A stretch of DNA of 37,422 nt, taken from assembly GCA_049976305.1 (NCBI GenBank), contig JBMFIM010000008.1, positions 1 through 37,422 on the forward strand. The letters run 5' to 3'. This DNA comes from Candidatus Micrarchaeia archaeon. GTDB taxonomy: Archaea > Micrarchaeota > Micrarchaeia > Micrarchaeales > CABMGC01. This document shows, piece after piece, positions 17,214-26,605 of the stretch (the stretch's first letter is position 1; each line of letters begins with the position of its first letter). The translations under genes and the position numbers were made by a program. The notes below the pieces were generated by a model. That model searched no databases and had not been told where the DNA came from. It worked only from the letters and a program-made list of their open reading frames with translations.

Positions 17214-18002
17214 ATGAATGTAGCAAGAGTTTGGGCAATAGTTGGCAAAGACCTTGCTGACGCTTTTAGCAGTGCTGAAATATACGGCCCGATGCTTGGC
17301 ATACCGCTGTTCTTTGCAATACTGCTTCCTTTATTCACTGTTTATGTTTCACAATATGCAGGTACAGAACTTGCTGCAAAGCTTTTGGGAATAGAAGCAA
17401 GCATAATAGGCGGTAATGTTGCAAACAGACTTGCTTTTATTGTTTATTTCTCGATAAACATACTCGGCCCCATATTCCTTACAATGCCAATCATAACCTC
17501 CTCAGTCATAGCTGCTGACTGTTTTGTAGGAGAAAAAGAAAGCAAAACCGCAGAATCTTTGCTCACTTCCCCTATAACTAAAGGTGAGCTGTTTTTGGGA
17601 AAGATACTAGCTTCGGCAATACCTGCCTTTGGAATCACTATCGCAGTCTTCTTGATCTTTGGAGGCATAATAAACTATTTCACAAACCTTTACTACCACA
17701 CGTTAGTATTTCCGAATACGGACTGGTATCTTATGCTTGCAGATGCGCCGGCTTTGATAATGGCCACTATCGGACTTGTGGTAATAGTCTCGTCTAAAGT
17801 GAAGAGCATTAAAGAGGCGCAACAGATAAGCGCCCTGATCGCACTGCCCATATTCATTATACCTTTTGTTTCTGTATTCGCTCTTGTTTCGCTCTCCCCG
17901 GAGTTTTTCCTTGGCCTCCTTCTAGTTCTTGCAGTAGTTGCCCTCTTAGTTATATATCTGGGAATAAGGACCTTTAAAAAGGAAAGGCTAATCGCAGCGT
18001 AA
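17214..18002 (+). CDS. ABC-2 type permease
   Basis: About 6 TM helices; AADCFVGEKESKTAESLLTSPI...LFLGKIL motif; SSKVKSIKEAQQ. Confidence 0.9.
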   Translation: MNVARVWAIVGKDLADAFSSAEIYGPMLGIPLFFAILLPLFTVYVSQYAGTELAAKLLGIEASIIGGNVANRLAFIVYFSINILGPIFLTMPIITSSVIAADCFVGEKESKTAESLLTSPITKGELFLGKILASAIPAFGITIAVFLIFGGIINYFTNLYYHTLVFPNTDWYLMLADAPALIMATIGLVVIVSSKVKSIKEAQQISALIALPIFIIPFVSVFALVSLSPEFFLGLLLVLAVVALLVIYLGIRTFKKERLIAA

Positions 18003-18033
18003 ATATTCGACGTAAAAGAAATAAAGAACAGCA

Positions 18034-18324
18034 ATGCTTAAATATGGGGAAAGACTAAATAAAAATCAGGTGAAGGGGGTGGCGGGTAGAACGGCACTCG
18101 AAGCGCTAGAGGTAGAATTGAGGGGGCGCCCAGGCAGGTTGACGCCTGGTATGATAAGGCACATGGCAGGCGAAGCAATCAGAAATCCTAAGCTAAGGGA
18201 TAGGACTGTAGAGTTCTTGGAGAAGATAGCAAAAGCTGACAGGGCAAGCGAGACAGGCACTGCGGCATATAAGGCGGTGGCAACTATACTGCTAATAGAA
18301 ATGCTGGAGACACTCAAGGAATAG
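18034..18324 (+). CDS. Hypothetical protein (96 aa)
   Basis: ATG-started ORF filling the gap between the permease and the convergent GT4; no motif recognised. Confidence 0.6.
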   Translation: MLKYGERLNKNQVKGVAGRTALEALEVELRGRPGRLTPGMIRHMAGEAIRNPKLRDRTVEFLEKIAKADRASETGTAAYKAVATILLIEMLETLKE

Positions 18325-18352
18325 TGTCAGCTGTCGCCTGGGTGTTTTAATT

Positions 18353-19492
18353 TTATTTTGCCTCTCTGGCACGCGATATGGCGTTATATACGGCTTCTGA
18401 AGCAGTCCCTGAAAATTCTGCAAGCACCTCTTTTCTTTGTTTTAAGTAGTTTTGTTTATAAGCAGCAGCGTTTTTCCTTATTTTTAATAATAAATCGTGT
18501 ACATCTTCAGTTTTTGACCTAAGGCAGTATTTGAGTATCTCTGGCGGTAATGAGGTGTTGCTAGACACAGCGACAGGCACGCCAAGCGAAAGGGCTTCGG
18601 CGGTGATGAGTGACAGGCCTTCACGCTCAGAGACCATGATCAAAGCCAAAGACGTGCAAAGCTCCTCATATAGCTGCTGCTCTGTAAGGTCGTGCTTAAA
18701 AACTACCTGCTTATCTACACCTAGCTGCTTTGCAAGCTCTTTGAGGTTGCTTAGCTCAGGTCCTTTGCCGATTATAACTAGCTTTGCGTCTACACCTTTG
18801 ATGCTTTTAACTGCTATATCGGTACGCTTGTGAAAAACAAGCCTGTTCGCCACTACGAACTTGTTCTCTTGTTTGCATGCATGCTTGGCTAGAAACCTTT
18901 CTACCTCTTCCTGATCTACTGCTGCCGGCAACACAAGCACCTTTTTGGGCTCAACGGAGAAATATTGCCTCAGAAGCTTCTTTGTGGTAGAGGTGTTTGC
19001 TATGTGCATGCTTGGCAGTTTGGCAGACAGGTATTCGAAGAAAAAGCCTACAGAGCCAAGCCTGTGAAGGTAGCCTTTCCAAAACTCCTTGCTCCACACT
19101 TCATGCCATGTGGTCACTAGGTATGTTCTCCTAAGTTTTGCATAAATATAAAGCAAGGGAATATGGAGAAAAGGGAATGAGTCTGTATCAATAATGTCAA
19201 ACTTGTATTTCCAAATGTGCAGAAATAGAAGCAGGGCAAACTTTATCGACATCAGCATCGAGCGCCTTGAGCCTTTATACATGCCACTGATTTCTGTCCC
19301 GACACCTACACAATGGTATTTCACTCCCTCATATTCAAACTCTCTTCCTGGCATACCTGGCCTATAAAGAGTAAACATGTGAAGCTCGTATTTCTTGCTT
19401 TTCGAGAGGGCCTTGAGAATGTTGTATCTCCTTTTTTCTATGCCCCCATTGAACCATGGATACGCTGATTCGTATGCAAATGCGATCTTCAT
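18353..19492 (-). CDS. Glycosyltransferase family 4
   Basis: YPWFNGGIEKR, TWHE, RLVFHKR, IIGKGPE, SEREGLSLITAEALSLGVPV (ExxxxxxxE motif). Confidence 0.93.
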   Translation of the reverse strand: MKIAFAYESAYPWFNGGIEKRRYNILKALSKSKKYELHMFTLYRPGMPGREFEYEGVKYHCVGVGTEISGMYKGSRRSMLMSIKFALLLFLHIWKYKFDIIDTDSFPFLHIPLLYIYAKLRRTYLVTTWHEVWSKEFWKGYLHRLGSVGFFFEYLSAKLPSMHIANTSTTKKLLRQYFSVEPKKVLVLPAAVDQEEVERFLAKHACKQENKFVVANRLVFHKRTDIAVKSIKGVDAKLVIIGKGPELSNLKELAKQLGVDKQVVFKHDLTEQQLYEELCTSLALIMVSEREGLSLITAEALSLGVPVAVSSNTSLPPEILKYCLRSKTEDVHDLLLKIRKNAAAYKQNYLKQRKEVLAEFSGTASEAVYNAISRAREAK

Positions 19493-20187
19493 TCCAAAAA
19501 CCTCTTTTTCAGCAAAAATATAACACCCATTATCCCATCCTTTGCTCTGATCTTCTTTCCCTCTTCAAAAGTCCTGCCTCTATAGTGTATAGGCACTTCC
19601 TGGATCTTTATTCCTTTCTTTGCAAACCCTACAGCAAGCTCTTCCTCTATCAAGAACCCGTTTTCTTTAAGCACAAGCCCTTTGAGCGCCGAAACCCTGA
19701 AAGCCTTGTAACCTACATTAATGTCATGGATTTTTTGGCCATAAAGTAAGCTGAAAATAAAGCTTGCAAACTGATTTCCTAGCTTTGCCAGAAAGTATTC
19801 ATGGCCTTCATTTTTCAGCACAAACCTATTTCCAAAAACAACGCTGCCTTTGTCCAAAGCGGCAATCAGCTTAGGATAGTCTTCCGGAGAATACTCTAAG
19901 TCAGCATCCTGAATTATCACAAGCCCATTTTTAATGAACTTGAAAGCCTTTCTAAGCGCATATCCTTTCCCTCTGTTTTTTTCATAGTGAATTAACTCAA
20001 AAGCTTTGCCGTGTTTGCTTGCTGACCTAAGCGCCTTTTTCGCCACAGTCAACGTTTTATCTCTAGATCCATCATCGACCACTATTATTTTGCTTACGAA
20101 TGGGATTCTGGACACATCCATCAGTACTTGCCCTATCGTCTTTTCCTCATTGAATACTGGAACTACTACTGTTACTCGGCCAATCAT
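19489..20187 (-). CDS. Glycosyltransferase family 2, dolichol-phosphate glycosyltransferase-like
   Basis: VVVPVFNEE, VVDDGSRD, NRGKGYA, IQDADLEYSP, DINVGYKAFR, EVPIHYRGR. Confidence 0.93.
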   Translation of the reverse strand: MIGRVTVVVPVFNEEKTIGQVLMDVSRIPFVSKIIVVDDGSRDKTLTVAKKALRSASKHGKAFELIHYEKNRGKGYALRKAFKFIKNGLVIIQDADLEYSPEDYPKLIAALDKGSVVFGNRFVLKNEGHEYFLAKLGNQFASFIFSLLYGQKIHDINVGYKAFRVSALKGLVLKENGFLIEEELAVGFAKKGIKIQEVPIHYRGRTFEEGKKIRAKDGIMGVIFLLKKRFLE

Positions 20188-20332
20188 ACAAATGGTTTAG
20201 GAACAAAATTTTAAAAGGGCCTAGTGTTGTCTTTTTCTTTCCTGCCACTCCCGCACGCCCCATTATTCAGATCCTGCGAACCATGGAAATAAGTTTTTAA
20301 ATATATCTTGTAATGTATAAGTCAGTGATAAA

Positions 20333-20704
20333 ATGGCAAAACAGACGCAGAATTGGGGGGCATTCGTCCTAGAATTTCTAGGCAGCTTGGCCTACCTCTT
20401 CGTAGCCTTTGCAGTTCCAGGCGGTTTGCTCGCCACAGCAGGTGGGGTTTTTGGTGGCAGCGCGGGACTGTGGCTACCGTTCTTCCTTGGGGCAGCAGTG
20501 ATCGGCAGCATAGCACTCTTCTTCATTAGCTTCGGCAACCTGCTAGGCTGGGACAGAATGGGCATAGCAAAAGCGGCAATGTGTGCTACAGTAGCGGCAG
20601 GGTTCGCATTAACAGTGCTCGTATGGACTAACACAGCATATCTTGCAACCGCTCTGCTAGGATTCGTGCTAGCATTCATCGGAAGCGGGCTAGCATACAA
20701 ATGA
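20333..20704 (+). CDS. Small Gly/Ala-rich membrane protein (about 4 TM)
   Basis: Four hydrophobic segments; upstream TTTTTAAATA and GTGATA; followed by a long T-rich tract. Confidence 0.8.
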   Translation: MAKQTQNWGAFVLEFLGSLAYLFVAFAVPGGLLATAGGVFGGSAGLWLPFFLGAAVIGSIALFFISFGNLLGWDRMGIAKAAMCATVAAGFALTVLVWTNTAYLATALLGFVLAFIGSGLAYK

Positions 20705-20710
20705 AATAAC

Positions 20711-20770
20711 TCTTTCTTTTTTGTTTTTCTATTTTGCTATTCTTTTCTTTTCCTTGTCGTCTTGTTCCTT
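20711..20770 (+). terminator. Oligo-T archaeal terminator region
   Basis: TCTTTCTTTTTTGTTTTTCTATTTTGCTATTCTTTTCTTTTCC immediately after the stop at 20704. Confidence 0.7.
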
Positions 20771-20785
20771 GGTATAGAGTCTAGT

Positions 20786-20825
20786 TATTTAAACCTTACC
20801 CCTCTTAAAATATAACAGAGTTATA
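20786..20825 (+). promoter_or_regulatory. suf promoter: TATA box plus palindromic operator TATAAC-N3-GTTATA
   Basis: TATTTAAA at 20786-20793; perfect inverted repeat TATAACAGAGTTATA at 20811-20825, over the expected transcription start. Confidence 0.6.
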
Positions 20826-20834
20826 AGTGAGTTT

Positions 20835-21149
20835 ATGAAAAGCGTTTATGAACTGGCATATATCCAGATCCTGCCAGCAATCCGCAAGGAGATAGCAAAC
20901 AGGCTGAGGGCATATGGTATGAAGGAAACAGAGATAGCAAAAAGGCTAAACATAACGCAAGCAGCTGTAAGCAAGTACTTGAAGGAAAAGCAAGAAACCA
21001 ATGAGAAGCTTGCAGAAAAATTGAGAGAGCATAAGGCTGCAATAGAGGAGTATGTTGAAAGCCTGCTTGGCGATAAAAGCCCTGCTTTGTGTGCGCTGTG
21101 CCAGAAAATAGGAGGCTTTTCATGCCAGCTTAGCAAAGCACAAGCATGA
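20835..21149 (+). CDS. HTH transcriptional regulator (COG2522-like) with C-terminal CxxC-x7-C, leading the suf operon
   Basis: LPAIRKEIA...ETEIAKRLNITQAAVSKYL helix-turn-helix; tail LCALCQKIGGFSC. Confidence 0.85.
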   Translation: MKSVYELAYIQILPAIRKEIANRLRAYGMKETEIAKRLNITQAAVSKYLKEKQETNEKLAEKLREHKAAIEEYVESLLGDKSPALCALCQKIGGFSCQLSKAQA

Positions 21150-21153
21150 TATC

Positions 21154-22563
21154 ATGGCAGAGAGCAAGCAACCAATTAACTGGAACGAGGATTATGAAAC
21201 AAAGTATGGGTTTAGGACTAATGTGGAGTATGTTCCTTTCAGGAAGGGCCTAGACGAAGAAGTAGTAAAGGAGATCTCAAGACTTAAACATGAACCGAAA
21301 TGGATGCTCGAAAAAAGACTGCTTGGCTACAAACTGTTTAAATCAAAGCCTTTGCCCAAGTGGGGTCCTGATTTAAGCGGAATAAATTTCGATGATATTT
21401 ACTACTACAGAGCGCCAAACGCACAGAAGGGCGCGAGCTGGGAGGAGATACCAGAGGAAATCAAGCAGACATTTGAAAAGCTAGGCGTGCCTGAAGCAGA
21501 GAGAAAGTTCTTTGCTGGCGTAGAGGCACAGTTTGATTCAAATGCAGTATACGCCAATATAAGGGATCAGCTTGAAAAACTAGGGGTAATATTCACCGAC
21601 ACAGACACTGCTGTGAAAGAACACGGCGACATAGTCGAAAAATATTTTGGAACAGTTATACCTCCAACTGACAACAAGTTTGCTGCGCTTAATACTGCTG
21701 TTTGGAGCGGAGGCTCATTCATCTATGTGCCAAAAGGCGTTAAAGTTCCTTTGCCACTAAATGCTTATTTCAGAATAAATTCAGAATCCTTCGGCCAGTT
21801 TGAGAGAACGCTAATAATAGCTGAGGAAGGGGCTGATGTTGTTTACACAGAAGGCTGTACAGCTCCTCTTTATTCCACAACAAGCCTCCATGCTGCTGTA
21901 GTTGAGGTAATAGCGAAGAGAAACGCGCATGTTAGATACATTACTGTGCAGAACTGGTCAAAGAATATATACAACCTTGTCACGCAGAGGGCGCATGCTT
22001 ATGAGAATGCAAGCGTGGAATGGTACGACATGAACATAGGAAGCAGGATAAACATGAAGTACCCAAGCATATTCCTCAAAGAACCAAATTCGAAAGGCGA
22101 AATCATATCTGTTGCGCTGGCAAGCGATGGCCAAGTGCTCGACTCTGGGGGCAAAATATATCACCTTGCCCCCAACACATCTTCAAGGCTTATCTCAAAA
22201 AGCGTAGCGAAAGGAAGTGGCATTGCTTCTTTTAGAGGCTTAGTAAGCATAGCAGAAAATGCAGAAAATGCTGTCGCAAGCACCTCTTGCAACACGCTGC
22301 TGCTAGACACCAATACAAAAACAACTACATATCCTTATTTCGAAATAAAGAACAAAACCGCAACATTGGCACACGAAGCAAAAGTAGGCAAGCTCAGCGA
22401 CAAGATGCTGTTCTACCTTAAAAGCAGAGGGATAAGCGAAGACGATGCGATATCGCTTGTCGTCTTTGGCTTCATAAAGGACTTTGCAGAGAAGCTGCCG
22501 CTGGATTATGTGCTTGAGCTCAAAAGGCTCATAAAGCTTAACATGGCAGGCTCGGTGGGCTAA
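21154..22563 (+). CDS. sufB: Fe-S cluster assembly protein SufB
   Basis: DNKFAALNTAVWSGGSFIYVPKGV, GQFERTLII, EGCTAP, LHAAVVE, MKYPS, HEAKVGK, FYLKSRGI, GSVG end. Confidence 0.97.
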   Translation: MAESKQPINWNEDYETKYGFRTNVEYVPFRKGLDEEVVKEISRLKHEPKWMLEKRLLGYKLFKSKPLPKWGPDLSGINFDDIYYYRAPNAQKGASWEEIPEEIKQTFEKLGVPEAERKFFAGVEAQFDSNAVYANIRDQLEKLGVIFTDTDTAVKEHGDIVEKYFGTVIPPTDNKFAALNTAVWSGGSFIYVPKGVKVPLPLNAYFRINSESFGQFERTLIIAEEGADVVYTEGCTAPLYSTTSLHAAVVEVIAKRNAHVRYITVQNWSKNIYNLVTQRAHAYENASVEWYDMNIGSRINMKYPSIFLKEPNSKGEIISVALASDGQVLDSGGKIYHLAPNTSSRLISKSVAKGSGIASFRGLVSIAENAENAVASTSCNTLLLDTNTKTTTYPYFEIKNKTATLAHEAKVGKLSDKMLFYLKSRGISEDDAISLVVFGFIKDFAEKLPLDYVLELKRLIKLNMAGSVG

Positions 22564-23633
22564 TGCTAGAGTGGCTAGAAGACTTTGAAGAGCTAGAAAA
22601 AGAAAGAGCTGAGCTTTACAAAAGACACAGCAGGCTCATACCTATTAGACCCAAAAACAGCTCGGGCAGAGAAAAAAGAACAGGCAGGGAATACGATATT
22701 ATGGCATTTAGCTCGGAGCATGCTGCTAGCGTAGAGAGCAAGAACATAAGCATAGCCAGCGATGCAGAGATAATAAGCTTGACAGAGAACATTGACAATC
22801 CATTGACAATCAACATAGAAGGCGGCAAAGAGGCTACAATGAGCCTAGCGTTCAATTTCGACTCCTCTCTACCTTCAAAAATCAAAATAAGGCTAGGAAA
22901 GCAGGCATCCTTGAATATTTATGAAACGTTTTTGTCTGACTTTTCATCAGATGGTATTTTGTTGCAGGAAATAGATCTCGATGATAGTTCAAAGCTAAAT
23001 CTAGTGGCGCTCCATAAAGAGCCAGAAAGTGCAAACTATGCGCTGCTAAGCCTTGTGCATTCAGGCAAAAGGGCAGAAGCAAGACTTACAAATGTATTTG
23101 CAGGGGGCAACAAGTTGCACCATGGCACAATAGGCGTTGCCGAAGATGATGGTTCGATCACTTCGAGCACAGTCGCTATTGCAGGCAGTTCCCAAACAAT
23201 AGATGCTTCTTCTTTGCTAGTTAACGAAGGGCACAAGTCTAGTATAGATTCGCTTACAAGGGCAGTGGTAAAAGACAATGCCGAATGCCTAGTCAAGGAG
23301 CTGGCAAAGGTGAGACAAAACGCAGAGGAAGCTAGCACCTACATAGAAGAGAAAGGCTTACTGCTTAACAATAGTGCAAGCTTTGTGCCAATGCCAGATA
23401 TGGCTGTAGATACAAACAATGTTGCAAATGCAAGCCACAGCTCGGCAGTATTCCCGCTAAGCAAGAAAAGCGTATTTTACATAATGTCAAGGGGAGTGAG
23501 CGAAGGCAATGCGAGGCAGCTGTTTGCTACAGGGTTCTTGGAGAAGCTGCTGGCAGGGAAATTTGAAGGCGAAAGGGGCAAAATAATGCTTGAAGAGGTG
23601 AAAGCTTCGCTAAATTCGAAGTTAAGATCGTGA
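22563..23633 (+). CDS. sufD: Fe-S cluster assembly protein SufD (divergent)
   Basis: Beta-helix-like composition; GLLL..., PDMAVDTNNVANASHSS, FYIMSRGV; lies between sufB and sufC. Confidence 0.85.
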   Translation: MLEWLEDFEELEKERAELYKRHSRLIPIRPKNSSGREKRTGREYDIMAFSSEHAASVESKNISIASDAEIISLTENIDNPLTINIEGGKEATMSLAFNFDSSLPSKIKIRLGKQASLNIYETFLSDFSSDGILLQEIDLDDSSKLNLVALHKEPESANYALLSLVHSGKRAEARLTNVFAGGNKLHHGTIGVAEDDGSITSSTVAIAGSSQTIDASSLLVNEGHKSSIDSLTRAVVKDNAECLVKELAKVRQNAEEASTYIEEKGLLLNNSASFVPMPDMAVDTNNVANASHSSAVFPLSKKSVFYIMSRGVSEGNARQLFATGFLEKLLAGKFEGERGKIMLEEVKASLNSKLRS

Positions 23634-23637
23634 TAAC

Positions 23638-24366
23638 ATGGAAATAGAAGTAAATGATTTGTGCGTAAGCATACAGGGAAAAAAGATACTAGAGCATGCA
23701 AGCCTTAGCATGAAATCCGACGAGATTACTGTGCTCATGGGACCGAACGGCTCTGGCAAGACAACGCTGGGAATGGCTATTATGGGCTATCCTGGCCTTA
23801 CAATCGATTCCGGAGAAATTTTGGTCGACGGAAAAAGCATACGAGACATGGGGCCCGACGAAAGGGCAAAGCTGGGCATATTTATGCAGTTTCAAGAGCC
23901 GATTGAAATAGAAGGCGTAAACCTGGAAAACTTCATCTTTGCTGCAAAAACAGCACAGAGCAAAGTAAATGCAAGGCAGATAGAAGAGGATATTGAAAAG
24001 GCAATAAAGATCCTTGACGTGAAAGAGGAAATGCTCAAAAAAGACGTGAATGTAGGCTTCTCAGGAGGGGAGAAGAAAAAGGTAGAGATCATGCAGATGC
24101 TTGTTCTCAAGCCAAAGTTTGCGATTCTTGACGAACCAGATTCAGGCCTAGACATTGACACATTGAAAAAGGTGGCAGAAGCCATAAATGCCTATGAAAA
24201 AGAGTCGCATGCCGGCATTCTTCTCATAACCCATTATACACGCATACTAAGCTACATAAATCCGACAAAAGTTTACGTAATGGATAAGGGCAGGATAGTC
24301 GCAAGTGGCGGAAGAGAACTGGCTGAAAAAATAGAAAGAGAGGGATATGGCTTTATAGAGGGATAG
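23638..24366 (+). CDS. sufC: Fe-S cluster assembly ATPase SufC
   Basis: [58 protein letters not shown]. Confidence 0.97.
   Translation: MEIEVNDLCVSIQGKKILEHASLSMKSDEITVLMGPNGSGKTTLGMAIMGYPGLTIDSGEILVDGKSIRDMGPDERAKLGIFMQFQEPIEIEGVNLENFIFAAKTAQSKVNARQIEEDIEKAIKILDVKEEMLKKDVNVGFSGGEKKKVEIMQMLVLKPKFAILDEPDSGLDIDTLKKVAEAINAYEKESHAGILLITHYTRILSYINPTKVYVMDKGRIVASGGRELAEKIEREGYGFIEG
23740..23770 (+). repeat. 31-bp exact direct repeat, copy 2 (Walker A codons of sufC)
   Basis: Identical to 16433..16463. Confidence 0.9.
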
Positions 24367-24367
24367 T

Positions 24368-24549
24368 ATGTTCGACGTAGATGAAATAAGAAAGGATTTT
24401 CCAATACTGCAGACGAAGATGAACGGCAAGCCGCTTGTTTATTTGGACAGCGCCGCAACCTCGCAAAAGCCAATTCAAGTAATACAGGCGATAGTAGAAT
24501 ATTAAAAGCCATAGAAAAAGCAAGAAGGCTTCTGCTGAGAAAGAAATAA
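24368..24549 (+). pseudogene. sufS: sufS (cysteine desulfurase) remnant: first 45 codons joined out of frame to the probable last ~14 codons
   Basis: 24368-24505 translates [45 protein letters not shown] (the SufS YLDxAATSQKP start); 24502-24549 in another frame gives [15 protein letters not shown], resembling the SufS terminal helix. Confidence 0.88.
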
Positions 24550-24579
24550 AACATTGAATCTTGAAAAAATATCGAGGAC

Positions 24580-25293
24580 ATGGGTGGAAACAACATAGTT
24601 TTCAGCATAGTGATACCAGCGCTTAACGAAGAGAGGTATTTGCCATTAGCGCTCGATGGCGTAAAAAGACAGAAAGTGCCACATGAAACAATAGTGGTAG
24701 ATGGAGGAAGCACCGATCGCACTGTTAAAATAGCAAAGGCGTTTGGTGCTAGAGTAATTTTAGAAAAGAAAAAAGGCGCAGCGCCGGCAAGAAATGCAGG
24801 CGCAAAGATTGCAAGGGGAAAGTATTTGCTTTTCCTTGATGCGGATACAGTGCCTTCGGACAGCCTACTTGAATATTATGTAGAAGCATTCAAACGCAAA
24901 GAGGTTATAGCTGCCACAGGCCCCATACTTCCTCTAGAAAAAACGGCAAAAAGAATTTACCTAGGATATAAGTTTGTTTCAGTCTATTTTGTAAAGCTTT
25001 CTTGGCTATTTAACAGACCTACAATAAACGGCATGAACTTCGCTGTAAAAAAGGGCACTTTTGAGAAAGTTGGCGGATTCAATGAAAAATATGTGACATA
25101 TGAGGACTGGGATCTTTCGCATAGGCTTGCAAAATATGGCAAGTTTGCATTTGTAAATGAAGCAATAGTCTACAGCAGTGCAAGACGCGTACTCAAATGG
25201 GGCCTTCTCAAATTTGTAAGATACCACATAGGCAATATGCTTAGGTATACTTTTACCAAGAAGCCGAAGTCCGAATACGAAGTAGTAAGATGA
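24580..25293 (+). CDS. Glycosyltransferase family 2
   Basis: SIVIPALNEE, VVDGGSTD, ARNAGA, FLDAD, GGFNE...EDWDL, SSARR. Confidence 0.93.
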   Translation: MGGNNIVFSIVIPALNEERYLPLALDGVKRQKVPHETIVVDGGSTDRTVKIAKAFGARVILEKKKGAAPARNAGAKIARGKYLLFLDADTVPSDSLLEYYVEAFKRKEVIAATGPILPLEKTAKRIYLGYKFVSVYFVKLSWLFNRPTINGMNFAVKKGTFEKVGGFNEKYVTYEDWDLSHRLAKYGKFAFVNEAIVYSSARRVLKWGLLKFVRYHIGNMLRYTFTKKPKSEYEVVR

Positions 25294-26598
25294 TTACCAA
25301 TTTTCTTTCCTTTCGTGTTCTATTATCCTTCTAAGGTGCTTGCCAGTTGCGAAGTAGTAAGCAGAAACTCCAACAAGCACACAGGCAAGTATCTCTAAGC
25401 TAAGCGGCGTTAGGAAAACCAGCAAGCTGATAGTAGTAAATGCACCGATTATAGGTAACAGGAAGGCATTGCGCTTGTTTACGATTAATTTTTCTGGATT
25501 TTTTCTATTAGCCAAGGTTAGCTTTATAGCGGCAATGTTGGCAAGGGTATAGGAGAAGAGAGATCCTGCATTGCTCAATGAGACGATTTCCTTGAAAGCA
25601 AGAGGCAGTATACCAATCATTACAATTGCAGAAGCAAGTATGCTGAAATGAGGGACACTGTACTTGTTAAGCTGGGAAAAGTGCCGAGGTATAGCTTTGT
25701 CATGTGACATTGCAAAAAGAACACGCGAAAGGCCCAAGATCATAGCAAGATCTACGTCGAAAGTTGCAATTAGGGCCCCAACATCTATCACATATCCAAA
25801 AATCGGAATCTTGGTAGCGGAAATGAGAGCATAGGCTAGAGGCGAAGAAGAACGGCTGACGCTTGAGTATGAAACTATGCCAATAAGAACAAACATTACT
25901 GAGGCATAGACAAGCGTTGAGATGAGTATGGAATAAATAATCGCCCTGGGTATTGTCTTCCGGGGTTCCTTTATTTCATCGCCAAGCATCGTAACCCTTG
26001 CAAACCCCGTATAGGCAAAAAACACAAATGCAGATGCAACAAACATGCTGCTTAATCCTTTTGGGAACACAGGAACGTAATTGCTAGGTTTGATAAAAAA
26101 TATGCCCACTAGCACAAAGAAAAGCAGAACACAAATGTTAAGTATTGTAAGAAAAGTAGCCAATTCAGCAGAACGCTTTATGCCGAAGTAGTTGATCAAG
26201 GCAAGCACTATAACAAGAATGGCTGCCTCTATAGCCTCACTAAAATGAATATCCAGCAAGGAATTAAGATAGCCCGCAAAGCTTAGTGCTATTGCTGCGC
26301 CTCCGACCATAGATCCTAAAACCCACACAATGCCTGCGATGAAACCTGCATAGTTTCCAAGCACCTCCCTAGAGTACTCGTAGTTCCCTCCTTCGCTAGC
26401 ATACAAGTGGGCAAGCTCAGCAAAGCTAAAACCAGTAAAAATGCTCGCAATGCCACCTATAAGAATTGCAATGATGGATGCAGGACCTGCAGTACCTGCC
26501 GCGAGGCCGCTGATTACATAAATACCTGCGCCTATTATGGCAGCGAGGTTTATCGATAAAGCTTCCCTCAATGTGACAACGCGCTTAAGCCTAGGCAA
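25294..26598 (-). CDS. APC-family amino acid permease
   Basis: About 12 TM; IIGAGIY, AGPAS, FAELA, GGNYEY, FFAYTGF, EIKEPRKTIPRAI, SRVLFAMS. TTG 26598 is the likely start. Confidence 0.93.
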   Translation of the reverse strand: MPRLKRVVTLREALSINLAAIIGAGIYVISGLAAGTAGPASIIAILIGGIASIFTGFSFAELAHLYASEGGNYEYSREVLGNYAGFIAGIVWVLGSMVGGAAIALSFAGYLNSLLDIHFSEAIEAAILVIVLALINYFGIKRSAELATFLTILNICVLLFFVLVGIFFIKPSNYVPVFPKGLSSMFVASAFVFFAYTGFARVTMLGDEIKEPRKTIPRAIIYSILISTLVYASVMFVLIGIVSYSSVSRSSSPLAYALISATKIPIFGYVIDVGALIATFDVDLAMILGLSRVLFAMSHDKAIPRHFSQLNKYSVPHFSILASAIVMIGILPLAFKEIVSLSNAGSLFSYTLANIAAIKLTLANRKNPEKLIVNKRNAFLLPIIGAFTTISLLVFLTPLSLEILACVLVGVSAYYFATGKHLRRIIEHERKENW

Positions 26599-26605
26599 GC
26601 AATCA

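Noticed and set aside
20230..20290. GC-richer intergenic patch as a C/D box sRNA or riboswitch
   Set aside because: One CTGA on the minus strand but no RUGAUGA C box and no convincing stem.
20811..20825. SurR binding site
   Set aside because: SurR recognises GTT-N3-AAC; this palindrome has the opposite arrangement, AAC-N3-GTT.
24273..24722. 149-aa minus-strand ORF spanning the sufC end and the GT2 start
   Set aside because: Antisense shadow; the plus strand is explained by sufC, the sufS remnant and GT2.
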